From Malacoraja senta (taxonomy: Eukaryota), in NCBI GenBank assembly GCA_038087875.1, contig CM075988.1, forward strand, positions 4,464,001-4,528,000: DNA of 64,000 nt. Direction: 5' to 3'. This document shows positions 63,643 through 64,000 of the stretch, piece by piece. Position 1 is the stretch's first letter, and each line of letters starts with the position of its first letter. Both the position numbers and the translations under genes were made by a program. The notes beneath the pieces were generated by a model. That model was given only the letters and a program-made list of their open reading frames with translations, made no database searches and had not been told where the DNA came from.

Positions 63643-63856
63643 GTGTGCAGGAAGGAACTGCAGATGCTGGTTTTAACCGAAGATCGACACAAAATGCTGG
63701 AGTAACTCAACGGGACAGGCAGCATCTCTGGAGAGAAGGGACGGGTGGTGTTTCAGGTCGATGTCTGAAGAAGGGTTTCAACCCGAAACGTCACCAGTTC
63801 CTTCTCGCCAGAGATGCTGCCTGTCCCGCTGAGTTACTCCAGCGTTTTGGGTCTAT
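63643..63856. mobile_element. Palindromic Penelope-tail mini element
   Basis: TSD ctgatgtgtctcatc (63628-63642) vs ctgatgtggctcatc (63857-63871); inverted arms. Confidence 0.85.
63765..63792 (+). ncRNA. Minimal hammerhead ribozyme core in a Penelope tail
   Basis: CUGAAGA-A-GGGU(UUCA)ACCC-GAAA-CG-UC with palindromic ACGU in place of stem III. Confidence 0.7.
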
Positions 63857-64000
63857 CTGATGTGGCTCATCAAACGGATGAGTAAGAAAGAGAGTGGAAT
63901 AGCAGACACCGGAAATGCATGGCATGAGGAGAAACTAATGACAACCATTACTGTGTATGATCATGAGGAGATTTTTCACACAGAGGTTGGTGAGTGTATG

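Overview
Eukaryotic, non-genic (intergenic or deep intronic) DNA that is mostly transposable-element derived. The repeat repertoire (HE1/V-type tRNA SINEs, HER1/CR1 LINEs, Deu-domain SINE relics, abundant Penelope tails) points to a cartilaginous fish, probably a skate or ray (inference). I found no recognisable host protein-coding exon; nearly all listed ORFs are TE remnants or microsatellite artefacts. Main content: a structurally complete but coding-dead DIRS1-type tyrosine-recombinase retrotransposon (4720-9560) with a nested insertion; Penelope-like elements and their mini-derivatives carrying minimal hammerhead-ribozyme cores; fragments of CR1, Rex1, L2, RTE-X and Vingi LINEs; Harbinger- and hAT-type MITEs; a ~3 kb local duplication; a 1.3 kb (GT)n tract; and a 200-N gap. 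The most notable signal is a 150-bp TSD-flanked mini-retroposon (21701-21850). Its 5' end folds into a near-canonical HDV/CPEB3-like self-cleaving ribozyme, and its 3' end matches the Vingi LINE in the same window. Repeat boundaries are by eye and approximate unless TSD/TIR coordinates are given. Family names come from motif recognition, not database searches.
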